A stretch of 64,000 nt of DNA from Glaucostegus cemiculus (GCA_976551045.1 CDPCPM010000077.1:558001-622000), one strand, 5' to 3'; counted from the stretch's first letter, positions 1 through 12,537 are shown. Notes: generated from the letters alone by a model not told the origin. A program made the numbers and translations.

Positions 1-894
1 GGCCCAAAGAGGTTCAGCTGTTCCTGTGTCCTACAGTAATGAGGGCAATAGTCGGATGGATGTGGGACAGTGATAAGAAAGATAACTTCTGAATTCATGA
101 TGGTCTAGTTGGACTGCTAAAAGCTGAATAGGATTCCTGTTTATCTTAATAACTTCTGTTAATTATGAAGTATAACGGTGCTTAAAATTAACCACAATGG
201 GTAAATTCATTGTAAGTGGTCAACATTTTCTGTGAAGCACAACTCCAGTTCCTCTGATGAACTCCTACCAATGTTGCAATTAAGAGATGGATTTAACTTT
301 CACATATTTATTTACTCTGTTATTTGATCGTCCAGGATAAGCAGAGAAGTGTTGGGTCTATCAGCATGAAGTTCTGAACCTAATTTTTTTGGAATCTCTA
401 TTTAACTTGTCAGCTTTTGCTGGTTTTCCAGGTTGCCACAGTAGTGTCGATGTTTGCATAAACAAATAGACAGACACAGAGCTATAAACAGAATGCCTTA
501 ACTCTCAACTAATTAGTCAGTGGTAGTTGGGTACAACAATGTATCCAGATTCATAGCAAGATGCAAATAAATGTTGAACATATGCACACTACAGCCACGT
601 ATGCATTTCACAAGTAATATGAAAATTGGTATCCAAGTTGAAAATATGTTCTGGCCCATGAGGCAAAATAACTGCCAGAAAAGTTCAAATCTGAGCAGTT
701 AATTCAAATGTACAAACAGCAATGTACAGTTGATAAGCCTCTCATTCTGCACATAACTCTATGCTACTGTACCATACATCTTCCGTTTATTGGTGTGTGA
801 ACATTCACAAGGCCAGAGCAGACCATACGTGAGGCATTAGCAAACTACCTACAGGGCTAGCTACCACTCAGTTGATAGCAATCTCACTTCTTAA

Positions 895-1022
895 GAGACA
901 CAAGAGACTGCAGATGTTGAAATATGGAGCAAAAAACAAACTGCAGGAAGAGCTCAGTGGGTCACGCAACATCTGTGGGGGCAAAGGCATGGCTGACATT
1001 TCAGGTCGAAACTCTGCATCAG
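895..1022 (-). mobile_element. Penelope-like element terminal fragment (single arm)
   Basis: AGACACAAGAGACTGCAGATG...CTCAGTGGGTCA...CATCTGTGG motif recurs many times in the window and is linked to a GIY-YIG remnant at 43.8-44.4 kb. Confidence 0.7.
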
Positions 1023-1190
1023 CACTTCTCAACAGGTTGTGGGTTCAAATCCCACTGCAAAGGCCCAAAACACAAATATCTAGACCTGCACTCTGAAGCA
1101 GTGCTGATTTTGAATGAGATTTTGAACGATAGAACACATAAAAAAGATAAATATATCTATTTTTAGCCAGACAAAAATATCTAAGACACA
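1023..1190 (+). mobile_element. DeuSINE/SacSINE1-like SINE fragment
   Basis: GGTTGTGGGTTCAAATCCCACT B-box head followed by sequence resembling the minus-strand copy at 8630-9051. Confidence 0.5.
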
Positions 1191-1231
1191 TCTAAAACTC
1201 TGTGCGGTAGTCTAGGTATGAACACGCCAGT

Positions 1232-1519
1232 ACCCTGGTAGCATAGTGGTTAGCATAATGCTTTACGGCGCCAGTAACCTGGGTTCAAATCCGGCCACTG
1301 TTTGTAAAGAGTTTGTATGTTCTCCCCGTGTCTGTGTGGGTTTCCTTCGGGTGCTCCGGTTTCCTCCCACATTCCAAAGACGTACAGGTTAGGAAGTTAT
1401 GGGCATGCTATGTTGCATGGTGACACTTGCGGGCTGCCCCCCAAAATCACTACGCAAAAGATGTATTTCACTGTGTGTTTCAATGTACATGTGACTAATA
1501 AAGATCTTATCTCATCTTA
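1232..1519 (+). mobile_element. tRNA-derived V-SINE, tail type B (GTACATGTGACTAATAAA + ATCTT repeats)
   Basis: A box TAGCATAGTGG, B box GGTTCAAATCC, V-core TTCTCCCCGTG...GGGTGCTCCGGTTTCCTCCCAC; closely similar copies at 20403-20708 and 29644-29939. Confidence 0.85.
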
Positions 1520-1545
1520 ATTGTAACAAAATTTCCCCACTTCTA

Positions 1546-1750
1546 AGACACAAGAGATTCTGCAGATGCTGGAATCTGGAGCAATACACACAAAATGCTG
1601 GAGGATCTCAAAAGGTCAGGCAGCATCTATGGAGGGAAATAAACAGTCAACATTCCAGAGTCTTGAACTGAAATGTCGACTATTTATTTCCCTTCTCAGA
1701 TGCTGCCTGACCTGTTGAGTTCCTCCAGCATTTTGTGTGTTGCTCCCGAT
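1546..1750. mobile_element. PLE-derived palindromic (fold-back) element
   Basis: Two inverted arms of ~75 bp (CAAAATGCTGGAGGA...GGCAGCATCT / AGATGCTGCC...TCCTCCAGCATTTTG); flanking direct repeat TTCTAAG at 1541-1547 and 1751-1757. Confidence 0.8.
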
Positions 1751-1774
1751 TTCTAAGTATTTCAAGAAAGAACA

Positions 1775-2040
1775 ATATGCCATTTGCCTTTTTAACTACT
1801 TGCTACACCTGCCTGCTAACTTTATGTGATTCATGCACAAGAACACCTAGATCCCTCTGAGCTTCAGTCATTTGCAGGCTGTTTCCATTCAGATTATAAT
1901 ACACCTTTTGACTGCTCTTGCCAAACTGCATGCCCTCACACTTCCCTACATTAGGCTCCATTTGCCAACTGTTCACCCACTCACACAAGCTATCTTTATC
2001 CTGTTACAAAGTCAAAGTATCCTCATCACAAAATTCACAA
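1775..2040 (-). mobile_element. CR1 LINE ORF2 fragment (RT C-terminal region)
   Basis: ORF 1803-1988: WQMEPNVGKCEGMQFG...QRDLGVLVHES, same motifs as the 805-aa CR1 ORF2. Confidence 0.85.
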
Positions 2041-2903
2041 TGAGTATCGCAACATACCCAGTCTGGAAGATTACCTATCCATCCATTGTCGCGTAACTGT
2101 CAGCCTTTTTTTTGCTGTATGATGCAGATTGTAAATTGGAAATATAAAAACTTTCTGATGCTTTCTTTATAAATACAATGCTGTCTGTTTATTGGCACAT
2201 TTCTAGTGTTTTTATAAATATAATAGTTAGACAAATTTTATCATAAATGGTTGATTGAGCAATTAGTTAATCCCCGTGGGCTGTACAAGGCATATTTGCT
2301 GCTTTCTCTTTCTACTTAGGCAAAGTTCCAGCATTAAACTTGATCTAAAGCACATCTGTGCATGTTCACCACTGACAGTTTTAATCTTTGGCAGGCTCTC
2401 TTCTCCTTGTATCTAATTGGTGTCACACAGCTCCCTAATGTGCTCTAAATTGTCTAAATTCTTCAGAAGCCTTGTACTGAAGTCTGCTTTTATTACAGGC
2501 TGTAGGACATTACTGAATTTACTACATTCACCTCATGTTCAAGTAATTTGTAGTGAAGGAGAGCTGGCTGTCTGCACCTCAAGTGTAGTTCTGGGTGCAT
2601 TGTAATTAATTGGTAAAAACAAGTTATGTACACTCTCCTTGGAACTGGTAATGGCATGCATATTCAGTGGTCTGAATGATATTGCTTAAATCGAGAAACA
2701 ATCAATTCAAAATCCGTGTCAATACAGCAGCTTAGGAGTATAGGAAGAGGGAAAAGTCTGTTCACTTCTCAAAACTGTTCCACTACTTAATCCAATCTTG
2801 GCTGGTCTGCCCCATATCCCGTAATATCATTGATTAACAATAATCTGTTCTTCAGATTTAAAGTAGTTAATTGCTAAGCCATGAATTGACTTTTGCAAAA
2901 GAA

Positions 2904-3290
2904 AACTGTGTGCAGTTCTGGCTGCTGCTTTACAAGACGGGTGTGGAGGCTTTGGAGAGGGTACAGACCCAGTTCACCAGGATACTGCCTGGATTGGAGA
3001 GTGTTAACTACAAGAAGAAGCTGGACAAATTTGGATTGTGTTCTCTGGGGCATTGGAGGCTGAGGGGTGATATGATAGAAGTGAATAACATTCTGAGAGG
3101 CATAGATAGGGTAGATAGTCACAGTCATTCTCCCAGGGTAGGTGAGTCTAAAACTAGTAGGCATAGGTTTAATGTGAGAGGAGAAAGATTTAAAGGGGAT
3201 CTGAGAGGCTAGCCTTTCACGCAGAGATGGAGGATATGTGGAACGAGCTGCCAGAGGAGGTGGCAGAGGCGGGTGGAATTACAGTTCCCA
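2904..3290 (+). mobile_element. CR1 LINE ORF2 3' fragment
   Basis: ORF 2871-3212: CVQFW...LERVQ..FTR..PGL...RLRGDMIEV. Confidence 0.9.
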
Positions 3291-3328
3291 GGATGGAAAT
3301 TGTAAACTCCAAGAAGATGTAAGAATGC

Positions 3329-3480
3329 AGACACAAGAGACTGCAGATGCTGGAATCTGGAGCAACAAACAAACTGAGTCCTGACGCAGAATCTGAACCC
3401 AAAATGTCAACTATCCCTCTGTCTCCACAGATGCTGCATGGCCCACTGAGTTCCTCCAGCAGTGTTTTTTTTGCACTGGA
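3329..3480. mobile_element. PLE-derived palindromic element with internal deletion
   Basis: AGACACAAGAGACTGCAGATGCTGGAATCTGGAGC arm plus inverted AGATGCTGC...GAGTTCCTCCAGCA arm. Confidence 0.7.
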
Positions 3481-3489
3481 AGGGATAGG

Positions 3490-3720
3490 CAAGTTTTTTT
3501 TAACTCAGAGAGTGGAATGCACCTGGGATATGCTGCCAGAGGAGGTGGTGGAAGCAGATACAATAGTAATATTTAAATGGTGTTTAGACAGGCCCATGAA
3601 CAGACAGGGAATTGAGGGAATAGACCATGCACAGGCCAATGGGATTAGTTTGAATTGGCATCATGGTCAGCACCCTAGGGCTTGTTCCCTGTGCAGCATT
3701 GTCCTATGTTCTATATTCTA
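3490..3720 (+). mobile_element. CR1 3' end
   Basis: FFLTQRVECTWDMLPEEVVEADTIVIFK..LDR motif and TATGTTCT-type tail. Confidence 0.8.
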
Positions 3721-3734
3721 TAATTCAAACTTCA

Positions 3735-4490
3735 AGCACAGTGTGTTTACTGTGTATCTCCCAACATCACTTCTGAAAGGCTGGACTCTAGTCGGTAGAG
3801 CCTTCCTCCTGGTCATGGACTTCCCAGCCAATGGAAATAATTTCTTTCCGTCTACCCTATTCATACCCCTTAATTAAGATATTTGATATTTAAGATAACT
3901 TTATTTGTCACCCATTAACTTTAAAAATTCCAAGGAATATAACTCTGTCTGGAGTAATCCTTCCCAATAATCTGACCCTTGGAGTCTCAGTGTCTTCCTG
4001 ATAAATCAAGGATATACTCTCCCCAGGGCTAAGGTAACCTTCCTTTGATATGGTGCCCAGAACCATCATAAGGTTGGATCTAACCAGAGATTTTACAACA
4101 ACACCATAATTGTTACTCCCTTGTGTTCTGGTCTTCTAGATATATTGGCCAGTATTCCATCAGCGTTCTTAGTCATTTTTCCTATCTATCCATGACACCT
4201 TAATGCTTCATGTACTTGGACCCTTAAGTCTCTTTGGAACTCCACTGTTATCAGCTTCTCTACTCCATTCCATCTTTCTACATCCAAAGTAGATGACTTT
4301 ACATTTGCCTGTGCCACAACCCATTAGCTGCAGTTTTGCCCTCTCCCTCAATCTATTAATCCCTGTGTAATTTAATGCTTTCATCCTTGTTGCTTGTGGT
4401 GTTGCCTATCTTCGTGTGACCTGAAAACCTGAATATGTGGTGTTCTGTTACATTGCCAATAAATGGACTGAGGAGTTGAGGCCACCAGCA
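3735..4490 (-). mobile_element. Old degenerate CR1 fragment
   Basis: Resembles antisense CR1 ORF2 (TTGATATGGTGCCCAGAAC, CCCTTAAGTCTCTTTGGAAC). Confidence 0.6.
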
Positions 4491-4666
4491 CGGCGGAATC
4501 AACCGCCACCATCACACCCCACCATTACCAGCACCTGCTGATTATCTCCGAGCTCTGAACCCTCCCACTCATACAATTCCCTCATCAGATCAAAAATCTG
4601 CCTTCAGTTCTACATTAGTCCATGCAGATTTCTCCAGTGTTGATGTTGAGGGATACTGCTGTGGTA

Positions 4667-4985
4667 CAGTAAAACTCCAATAATCCAATTGCTCAGAAGT
4701 CCCAAAGGTTCAGCATCGGGCTCACTGGGTGCTGCTTCCCATACACGCTACAAGTTCACCACGGCCCTGGTTCTTCCTTGAACTTCATTTGGTTCTGTTT
4801 CCCTCATACCCTTGGAACACACTGGGTTCACTGGAAAGTATATTATTTTGCATAACTGTGTAGTGCCTTAAAAGTGTGAATTAAAAATATTAGATTATTA
4901 ATTGGAATAACGTCCAATAGTCCAGTAACTCTGCTAGTCCTGCCCCACCAAGGTCTTGAGCATGTCGGAATACAAGGTTTTACTG
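4667..4985. mobile_element. Tc1/mariner (pogo/Tigger-type) MITE
   Basis: Terminal inverted repeats CAGTAAAAC (4667) / GTTTTACTG (4977-4985), flanked on both sides by TA; no coding capacity. Confidence 0.75.
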
Positions 4986-5172
4986 TAACCACTTTCAAAA
5001 TAAGCTCATCACTTTCCTGATCTACCAGTAAAATGTTGCTTCTAGTCAAGCAGCTATTAGAGTCAGAATAATTTACATTCTACCTAATTTACGTATTTAC
5101 AAAAATGGTTCACTGCAGCAACTGAAATGTTTTTGCTTAAAATAAACATGGGAAATAATGGCGCCTAATCTT

Positions 5173-5478
5173 TCATAGAGTCATAGAGACCCTTCTGCCC
5201 ATCAAGTTTGCACCAACCACCCATTTACATAAGTCCTACACTATTCCTATTTTCTTCTTCTCACACTCCCATCAGCAATCTACCACTCACCTACACATTA
5301 GGAGCAATTTACAGGACCAATTAACATACAAGACTGCACTTCTTTCTGATGTGGGAGGAAACTGGAGAAAACCTGTGCCGTCACAGAGAACGTGCAAACT
5401 CCACACTGACAGCACCAGAGATAGGAACTGAACCCAGGTCATCGGAGCCGTGAGGCAGTGGCACTACTAGTTGCTGCC
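5173..5478 (-). mobile_element. HE1-like V-SINE with CR1-type tail
   Basis: Antisense V-core (GTGGGAGGAAACTGGAG...GAGAACGTGCAAACTCC) and ATAGAGTC tail repeat. Confidence 0.75.
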
Positions 5479-6109
5479 TCTTTATTTCCAATGCAATACT
5501 TAAGTCCATGGTACAAGACAAGAGCTTTAACTAATGCCTTCATTCATTCAATGGAACTTTTTTTCCAAACTATTTGAAACAAAACAGGGTGCAGAAATGT
5601 GAACAAACAGGATTTTTCTGTATCTTTTGCAGTGTCCAGTTAAATGCAAGCCAGGATCAGAGACACATTTTTTCTGCAATGATGTGACAATTGTCAGTTT
5701 CATTAAAAGCATCAGTGCCCACTTCACAAAGCTTGGCACCTGTTAAAACTGAATTGGGAGAGCAAAATGCAGTGAGGTGTTTTTTCTAAAGCGGATGCTT
5801 AAGTCCATTTTGTTTTTACTGGAATCAATGCTGCTCTTCCTTCTGTTAAGAAGGTGACTCCTTGCTGGGTTCCATTTCCACAGTATCCTCAGATATTTGG
5901 GCTAGCTGACTGTAATTAATATAAGCCTTGACAATGCCAAGCTGTTGGCAAGTGCCTTAAACAGGAAGGAACTGTATCCAAACCTGATCTTGTTCTCAGC
6001 CTACAGATGCACTCACCCTTCCTGTCATAGTAACTGAACTGCAATTAAGAATGGAAACGTCAAGTAATGTGTTCTCCCTTCAGGAAACCAAGGGTGCTGA
6101 AACCAAATA

Positions 6110-6410
6110 GGGGGCACCTATTTCTCACAGTAAGGAGGTCAGTGATCAGGGGCTTTAGGTCTAAGGCAATAGGCAAAAGGATTAGAAGTTGGAGAATTCA
6201 TTTTTCACTGAGAGCATGATGGTAGTCTAGAATTCACTGCCTAAAAGGGTAGTGGAGCCAAAATCCACATCTAAGAATTACTTGGAAAAGCACTTGATGG
6301 GACACAATGTGAAATGTAATTGACTGATAATTAGAAGTGTGATTAAACTTTAGCTTTTATTGGGCAGGTCCAAAGAGGAACCTCCCGTTCCACCAATTTC
6401 TATGATTCTA
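6110..6410 (+). mobile_element. Old CR1 3' fragment
   Basis: TTTTCACTGAGAG...GAATTCACTGCCTAAAAGGGTAGTGGAG and TTCTATGATTCT tail. Confidence 0.6.
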
Positions 6411-6824
6411 ATATTCTGCTATCAATTTGGCTGAGATCATTGCACTTGGTCCAGGATGTTACTGAGTCACTGAGGGAGCCTGTTCCCTTTTGTTGCTGAG
6501 AGTGGGAAGTTCCACATTCTCTGATGACTTGCAAACTAAGTTTTTCATTGTATCTCGGTACACGTGATAATAGTAATCCAATTCCAATTCCAATTCAGCA
6601 AGAACAGCTCAGCAGTGAGTTGATTGCAGCCACAAAAGCTAAGAAGAATTAAGCTTCATGCTTTCCCATTCCCTAAGAATAATTAACTATGCAATACCGT
6701 TTACATTTTGCAGTCTTTCGAAGTTGATATTGTGTTGGGAATATCTTGATAGGCAGCAACGTGGGGAGGTGTGGGTTACAGGATCATCCAGCAAGTACTA
6801 TTAAAAAAGCAAGTTGTATTCTTC

Positions 6825-7090
6825 TTTTTGTAGTTGGGCATTAGTCACAGGTAAGAAGAACATTTATGGCCCCTCCCTTTTTGTCTTTGGGAAGGTGCTG
6901 GTATATCAATTCTTGAACCAGTGAGTATTCTTCTTTTAAAGTTACCTGTACAGTGCTGTTGGGGAGGGTCTTCCAGGGTGTAGGCCTGGTGGCAATGAAG
7001 GAACAACAATATGTTTCCATCTCAAGATAATAAGTGTCTTGGAGGAGGATGTACAGGTGAGGGAGCGTCCCATTTGCCTAGAATCCTGGT
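6825..7090 (-). mobile_element. 3' end of the LINE family also seen at 42530-43435
   Basis: GGGAAGGTGCTGG...GGGAGGGTCTTCCAGG...ATGAAGGAACAACAATAT resembles 42600-42770. Confidence 0.55.
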
Positions 7091-7474
7091 CCTTTAATGC
7101 TTTTAAATTTTATCTTTCAGTTCTTTTCCAATATCTTTAGTGTGATTGAACTTTTCAATTTTTTCAGACTATTATAACGTTGATTAAGCAATAACTTTTA
7201 AAATATTTTTGGAATGCTTTTGTATGTCAGAAGCATCCATTGCGTTTTGACACCTTTGACAGATGGCTGGTTTAGCTCAGGGCATAATCTTGTGGTAGTT
7301 TTCTCGGCAGTTTCATGGGTGGGTCCCTGCTAGTGATATGATTCAGAATGGGTGGATTTAACAGTGCAGTTCTCATTACTAAACTTGAAGCCACCACTTT
7401 GCAGAGAATTTGCAATGGAAGATGTGAAAAGATTATGTCTGATCTTGTTTTTTTAGGTCATGGTCACTGTGGTT

Positions 7475-7802
7475 GGCAAAGTGGCACAACTGATAGAGTT
7501 GCTGCTTCTCAATTTCCAGTGACCCTGGTTCAATCCTGACCACTGGTGCTATCTGTATGAAGTCCCCACATTCTCCCTGTGACTGCAGGAGGTTCCCCCA
7601 GATTCCTTTCACATCCCAAAGCTCTGTGGACTCAGAACTTATCTGGCCACTGTAAATTCACTCAAGTCAGTAGATGAGAGGCAGAATCTGGGGGAAACTG
7701 ATGGGAGCATGGGGAGAAAAAAATAGGATTAGTGTGATTGGGTGCTTCATGGACTTGATAGGAGAAGATGCCAGTTTACATGCTGTATGATTCTATGACT
7801 CT
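7475..7802 (+). mobile_element. HE1-like V-SINE with CR1-type tail
   Basis: GGTTCAATCCTGACC B box, TTCTCCCTGTGACTG core, CTGTATGATTCTATGACTCT tail. Confidence 0.75.
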
Positions 7803-8405
7803 GCCAGGGCACAGGACTCACTGTTGACCACAGACTCTGGGCTATTAGTCACTTATAGCTCTGCACCAGAGGTGAGAACAGAGCTCTTCTAAATTCCTAC
7901 TGTAATATTGGCAGACTATCACCCTGGGGAACTAATGTAAGTGGCTTTCTTTTGCTAAGGTTTTCATCAAAGAAGCAAATTCTCTTTGGGCAAAATCAGG
8001 TTTGTACAGCAAAAGAAAACAAGCTCCAACAATTTCTGAGCAGTCTACAGAGAAACCATCCCTTTCACTTTGATACTGAGTGATGGAAGAAACCTAAGAA
8101 AGAGGAAAGAAAATTGGGAATGGGCAGAGTAACAGAAAACTTATTTTCACAACAATGAGAGACATTGCAGATATTTTTTTTTAAATGGCAATACGAAGCA
8201 TTCAAAAATTGCAGGCAATTTCAACTCAAAACATTTACCTAATCTGGTTTGCAATTTGCTTTGTGTTTTTTGAATCACATTTCTTTATCATGAGCAATTC
8301 TTATGATTTTCCTTCAAAATTTGTAAATAAAGTTATTTTATGTATTTCATGCAAACTAAAATATTGGGATTATTTTGTTTTATGAGTATGCAAAGGATCA
8401 TTTTT

Positions 8406-8546
8406 NNNNNNNNNNNNNNNNNNNNNNNNNNNNNNNNNNNNNNNNNNNNNNNNNNNNNNNNNNNNNNNNNNNNNNNNNNNNNNNNNNNNNNNNNNNNNNN
8501 NNNNNNNNNNNNNNNNNNNNNNNNNNNNNNNNNNNNNNNNNNNNNN
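8406..8546. other. Assembly gap (141 N)
   Basis: Run of N. Confidence 1.
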
Positions 8547-8629
8547 GCTTTTAGTGTAACACTGGGAATCTCACAGTCAGTTTCACATGATCAAGATTAG
8601 ACAATTATGGATAAGATTAACAATAATTT

Positions 8630-9051
8630 AATCTACAGTATCTTTGGTGATGTTAGTTGACAAATGAATGTTGACTAAAACACTAGCACTGTTTTGCTGC
8701 TCTTCTTCAAATAATATCATCAGATCTCTTAAATTGGCTGGAAGAGCCTCAGTTTACCATTTGAGAGACATTAGCTCCAACAATGTGGTTCTACTTCATT
8801 GTTGAGTAACATAACTCAGAGTGTTGCTGTGACAGTGCAATGTTCCCTCAGTACTGCTCACCCCACACAAATCAATGTAGTAATGGTCTCCTAACAAAAT
8901 AGCACTCTCTCAGTACTGCCCATCTAGAAGTGCAGCTTTTCTCCAGCACCTCAATGAAATAGCAGCCTGAATCACGCCATTAGCTTCAGAATGGGATTGA
9001 ATCCGTGACTTAATGAGTCATGAAGCTAAAACCGGAGCCAGGCTGACACCT
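8630..9051 (-). mobile_element. DeuSINE/SacSINE1-like SINE with internally duplicated CAGTACTG unit
   Basis: Antisense head GGTGTCAGCCTGGCTCCGG...GGATTCAATCCCA; repeated CTCAGTACTGC units at ~8847 and ~8909. Confidence 0.6.
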
Positions 9052-9549
9052 TGGGACAAATTAAAAGGGGCAAAGCCTGAACATCTTGTGTTCTGAGCTT
9101 CTGTAGATTGTAAAGCCTGACTAATCCAGATGAGAAATAACAAAAATAAATCTTTCTTCATTGGAACTGTTCAGTTAAGCCAAGTTTACTACATAGTTGA
9201 GCTCAGGATAAATTAGAGCAACATACTGACTTGACAGTTTAAAGCCAAAAGTAGTAGTAGTTGTGGAAATCGAACAAGCTTTGAAGTGAAATAAAACAGC
9301 AAAACAGGAAACACTCAGAAAGTCGGGAAGGATCTGTGGAAAGTGAAATAATGTTTTAAGTCTTTGATGTGAAGGTTGAGAACATCCAGAAATTTTGATT
9401 TTCAAACTTGGAAGTAGAGCAACATCTCCAAACAGTCTTCCCCATATTGTTTCAGTGACCTGATACTGTACTTGGAATGTGTTTATACTAAAACTATGGT
9501 GTTGAAGCAAAATGAATCCCTTGGATACTTGCTGCAGGTATAGTGTAAA

Positions 9550-9800
9550 TGCAGCAAACAACCTGCTGGAGAAACTCAGCGGGTCAAGCAGCATCAGTCA
9601 AGGAAAAGGAATTGTCAATGTTTCAGGTCAAACCCTGCATCAGGACTTAAGAGTGGGGAGTGAAAATGGCCTGGATAAAGAGGTGAGGGGGAATGGTGAT
9701 ACAGAGCCCAAGGTAATTGGTGGACTGAGGAGGGGTGAAGGATGACGGGCAGATTGAGCCGGGTTGGACGGGAGGAATGGAGTTGGGAGAGGCAGGTGGA
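9550..9800 (-). mobile_element. PLE terminal fragment with degenerate minimal hammerhead motif
   Basis: Family arm plus purine-rich PLE segment; minus strand 9614-9646 reads CTGATGC-AGG GTTTGA CCT-GAAAC. Confidence 0.65.
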
Positions 9801-10670
9801 TGATAAATTCTCACTTTTTTGTGTTTCTGCATTGCCTTCTGTTTCGCAAATATTTTCTTCCAAATCATTGTAATAGTGAAGCATTTACATCCTATCAGAA
9901 ACTGGATTAGAAACCTTTGGGAATAATAGATTGTTGCATCACCAGAGGCTGATTAACTATGCAAAGAACTTGAAGTCCTCAAAGACAAAATGGCTTAATT
10001 GTCCTTTTAAAATGCATATCCATATCCAATTTAAATTTCATTTGTTTGAATAACTCTTTGTGCACACTTTCTAATTGTCTGAGCATTTAATTATATCTAT
10101 TAAAGTGTATGGAAGATCTGTGCTAATATTTATGTAAAAAACTCATGTCCCCAGGCAAACCCCTGCAATGTTATCTACTCAGTCACACAGCTAAAGCTGG
10201 CAAGAGAAAAGACTTAATTGAATGCATAAAATGATGGGATGGACTTTCCTTGTAAAGAGGTTAATGACGAGGATTTGAAGGCATGGATTTAATTGGTACA
10301 GGGACTGGAAGGGAGTTGAGAAAAAAGCTTGGTGAGAAAAGAACAATGGGGATCTGGAACTCACCATATCAATGGGCATTTAATGCAGAAACCCTCAATG
10401 CATTAAAAAGCTATCTGGAAGAAAGCTTGACAAATAGTAACCCACAAGTTTATGGATGATGAGCTTAAAAGGAGGATGATTCTCAATAGCTCTTTCTCTG
10501 TTACTATGGGCATAGTAATGACCTTTCCCTGTGCTGTAAATTTCTATGATTCAACTGTTGAGATCAGTCCGCTCAGTGTGAAGTATGGAACAGCCTGAAA
10601 AGTTCCTGCTGCTGCCAAATAGCAGATAGGCTCTTCATTAAAACTTACATAAATTCAGTCACAGTGCTCT

Positions 10671-11378
10671 CATAGAATACAGAACAGCACAGCACAGGAA
10701 CAGGCCCTTTGGCCCACAATGTTGTGCCAAACTAATTAAGTGTAATTAAGTGCCTAATGGTTCATATCCCTCCATTCACCACACATTCATGTGCCAATCT
10801 AGGAGCCTCTTAAACACCTCTATCGTATTTCCTTCACCACCACTCCTGGCTGTGCATTCCAAGCACCCACCAGTCTCTGTATAAAAAGAAAACTTGCCCT
10901 GCATGATCCTTTGAACTTACCCCCTCTCAATATAAATGTATGCCCTCTATTATTATTTCAAACCTAAGAAAAAGATGCAACTTGCCTACTCTATCCATGC
11001 CTTTCATAATCTTATGAACTTCTATCAGGTCTTCCCTCACCTCCCGCCACTCCAGAGAAAACAACCCAAGTTTGTCCAACCTCTCCTTATAACACATGCC
11101 CTCTAATCCAGGCAGCATCCTGGTAAACCTCTTCTGCACCCCCTCCAAAGTCTCCACATCCTTCCTAAAATGGGACAACCAGAACTGAATGCAATACTTC
11201 AGATGTGGCCTAACCAGAGTTTTATAAATTTGCTGACTATTGAACTCGATACCTCAACTAATAAAGGCAAGCATGCCAAGCTACCCTATCAACTTGTACA
11301 ACCACTTCCAGGGAGCAATGGACTTTGGACCCCAAGATCCCTCTGTGCATCAATGCTGTTAAGGGTCCTGCCATTAAC
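10671..11378 (-). mobile_element. CR1 3' fragment
   Basis: ORF 10927-11178: KDVETLEGVQKRFTRMLPGLEG..Y.ERLDKLGLFSLE; CR1 3' UTR at 10671-10740. Confidence 0.9.
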
Positions 11379-12537
11379 TGGTTGGATCTATGTTCTGGAA
11401 AGAAATGGAGGGCCCTAAGGCCTTCCTGATGGGGAATTTAAATGTAGTTAAAACAAAATCTAGAGAGAAAAGCTGGTATTAGTAATTGTCACGATGAAAC
11501 TGCTGAGTTTTGGTAAAAAGCCATTTGTTTTCTTTTGAGATTGTACAGGCTGTTGTGAAACCAGGGTCGGATACAGTGTAGTTCTGGTCTCCATCTGTGA
11601 GGAAGGATATGCTGGTCCTGGGGTCAATGTGATGTGAGGTAATAAGACTGATTTTTGGAGTGATGAAGTGCAATTCAGGAAACTAACTGGGCTGTAGAAG
11701 AATGAGGAATGGTCTATTAACACATACAAGGATTTCATTTATATCTTTTCCTTGTTGTCACTGACATGAACAATTAACTGTCTCTTGACAGATGCTGACT
11801 GACCTGCTGATACTTCTAGCATGTTTTGCTTTTATTTAAGCTTCATATAATGTGGATACCAAGAGACCATTTCCCCTCAGTGCTAGTCTGAATTTTTAGC
11901 TGCTGTTCTTTATGGGTTTCACTTCAAATTTTTTTATATAAATCTTGTCTTAAACATGAAGCACGTGATTCACACAGCAGCCCCAGCTATAATTTTCTAG
12001 AATTCCCTTGATTCAGCAACATTATTTTATTATTCCACTATTCAATTAAGGTAAGGGAAGGAAAACTGAAATTTAAAGACCATTTTGCTTACAGCCCGTA
12101 GATGGGAAATTACTGCGGAGTATAATTAAAGATTAAGTGACAGGAGAACTGTGGAAGCTCAGTCACTGAGTTCATTTAAAGGAAAGATCAATAGATTTCT
12201 GGGCATGGGGACGGTGCAGGAACATGGAGAGGATGGGAAAAGGTCAGTTATGAATGGTGAGGCAGGTTCAGGGGGTGAGGTTGCTTATTCCTGCTCCTAA
12301 TTCTTATATTCTTATCAAGTTCCCATGAGTGAACACAGAAAAGTTTCAGCTGATCAGTGAGCCAACATGGATTTTGTATAGGATGTCTTACCTGATGAAC
12401 CAGAATGATGTATGTGAAGTGGCAAAAGTAGAAAGGCAAGAGAATAATGGTGGATGTTATTATTTGGACTTCCAGTAGTCATTTGATAAAATCCCTTCCT
12501 CATTGAAAATCACAGAATTAGATAGAATTTATTATGG

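Noticed and set aside
1236-1300. tRNA gene
   Set aside because: A/B boxes belong to a SINE head followed by the V core; no cloverleaf
5610-5750. Strong-looking splice acceptors here and at ~19590, ~22975, ~36491 and ~37620
   Set aside because: No matching donors or recognisable peptides; such sites are frequent by chance in AT-rich DNA
8340-8600. ORF spanning X residues
   Set aside because: Artefact of the N gap
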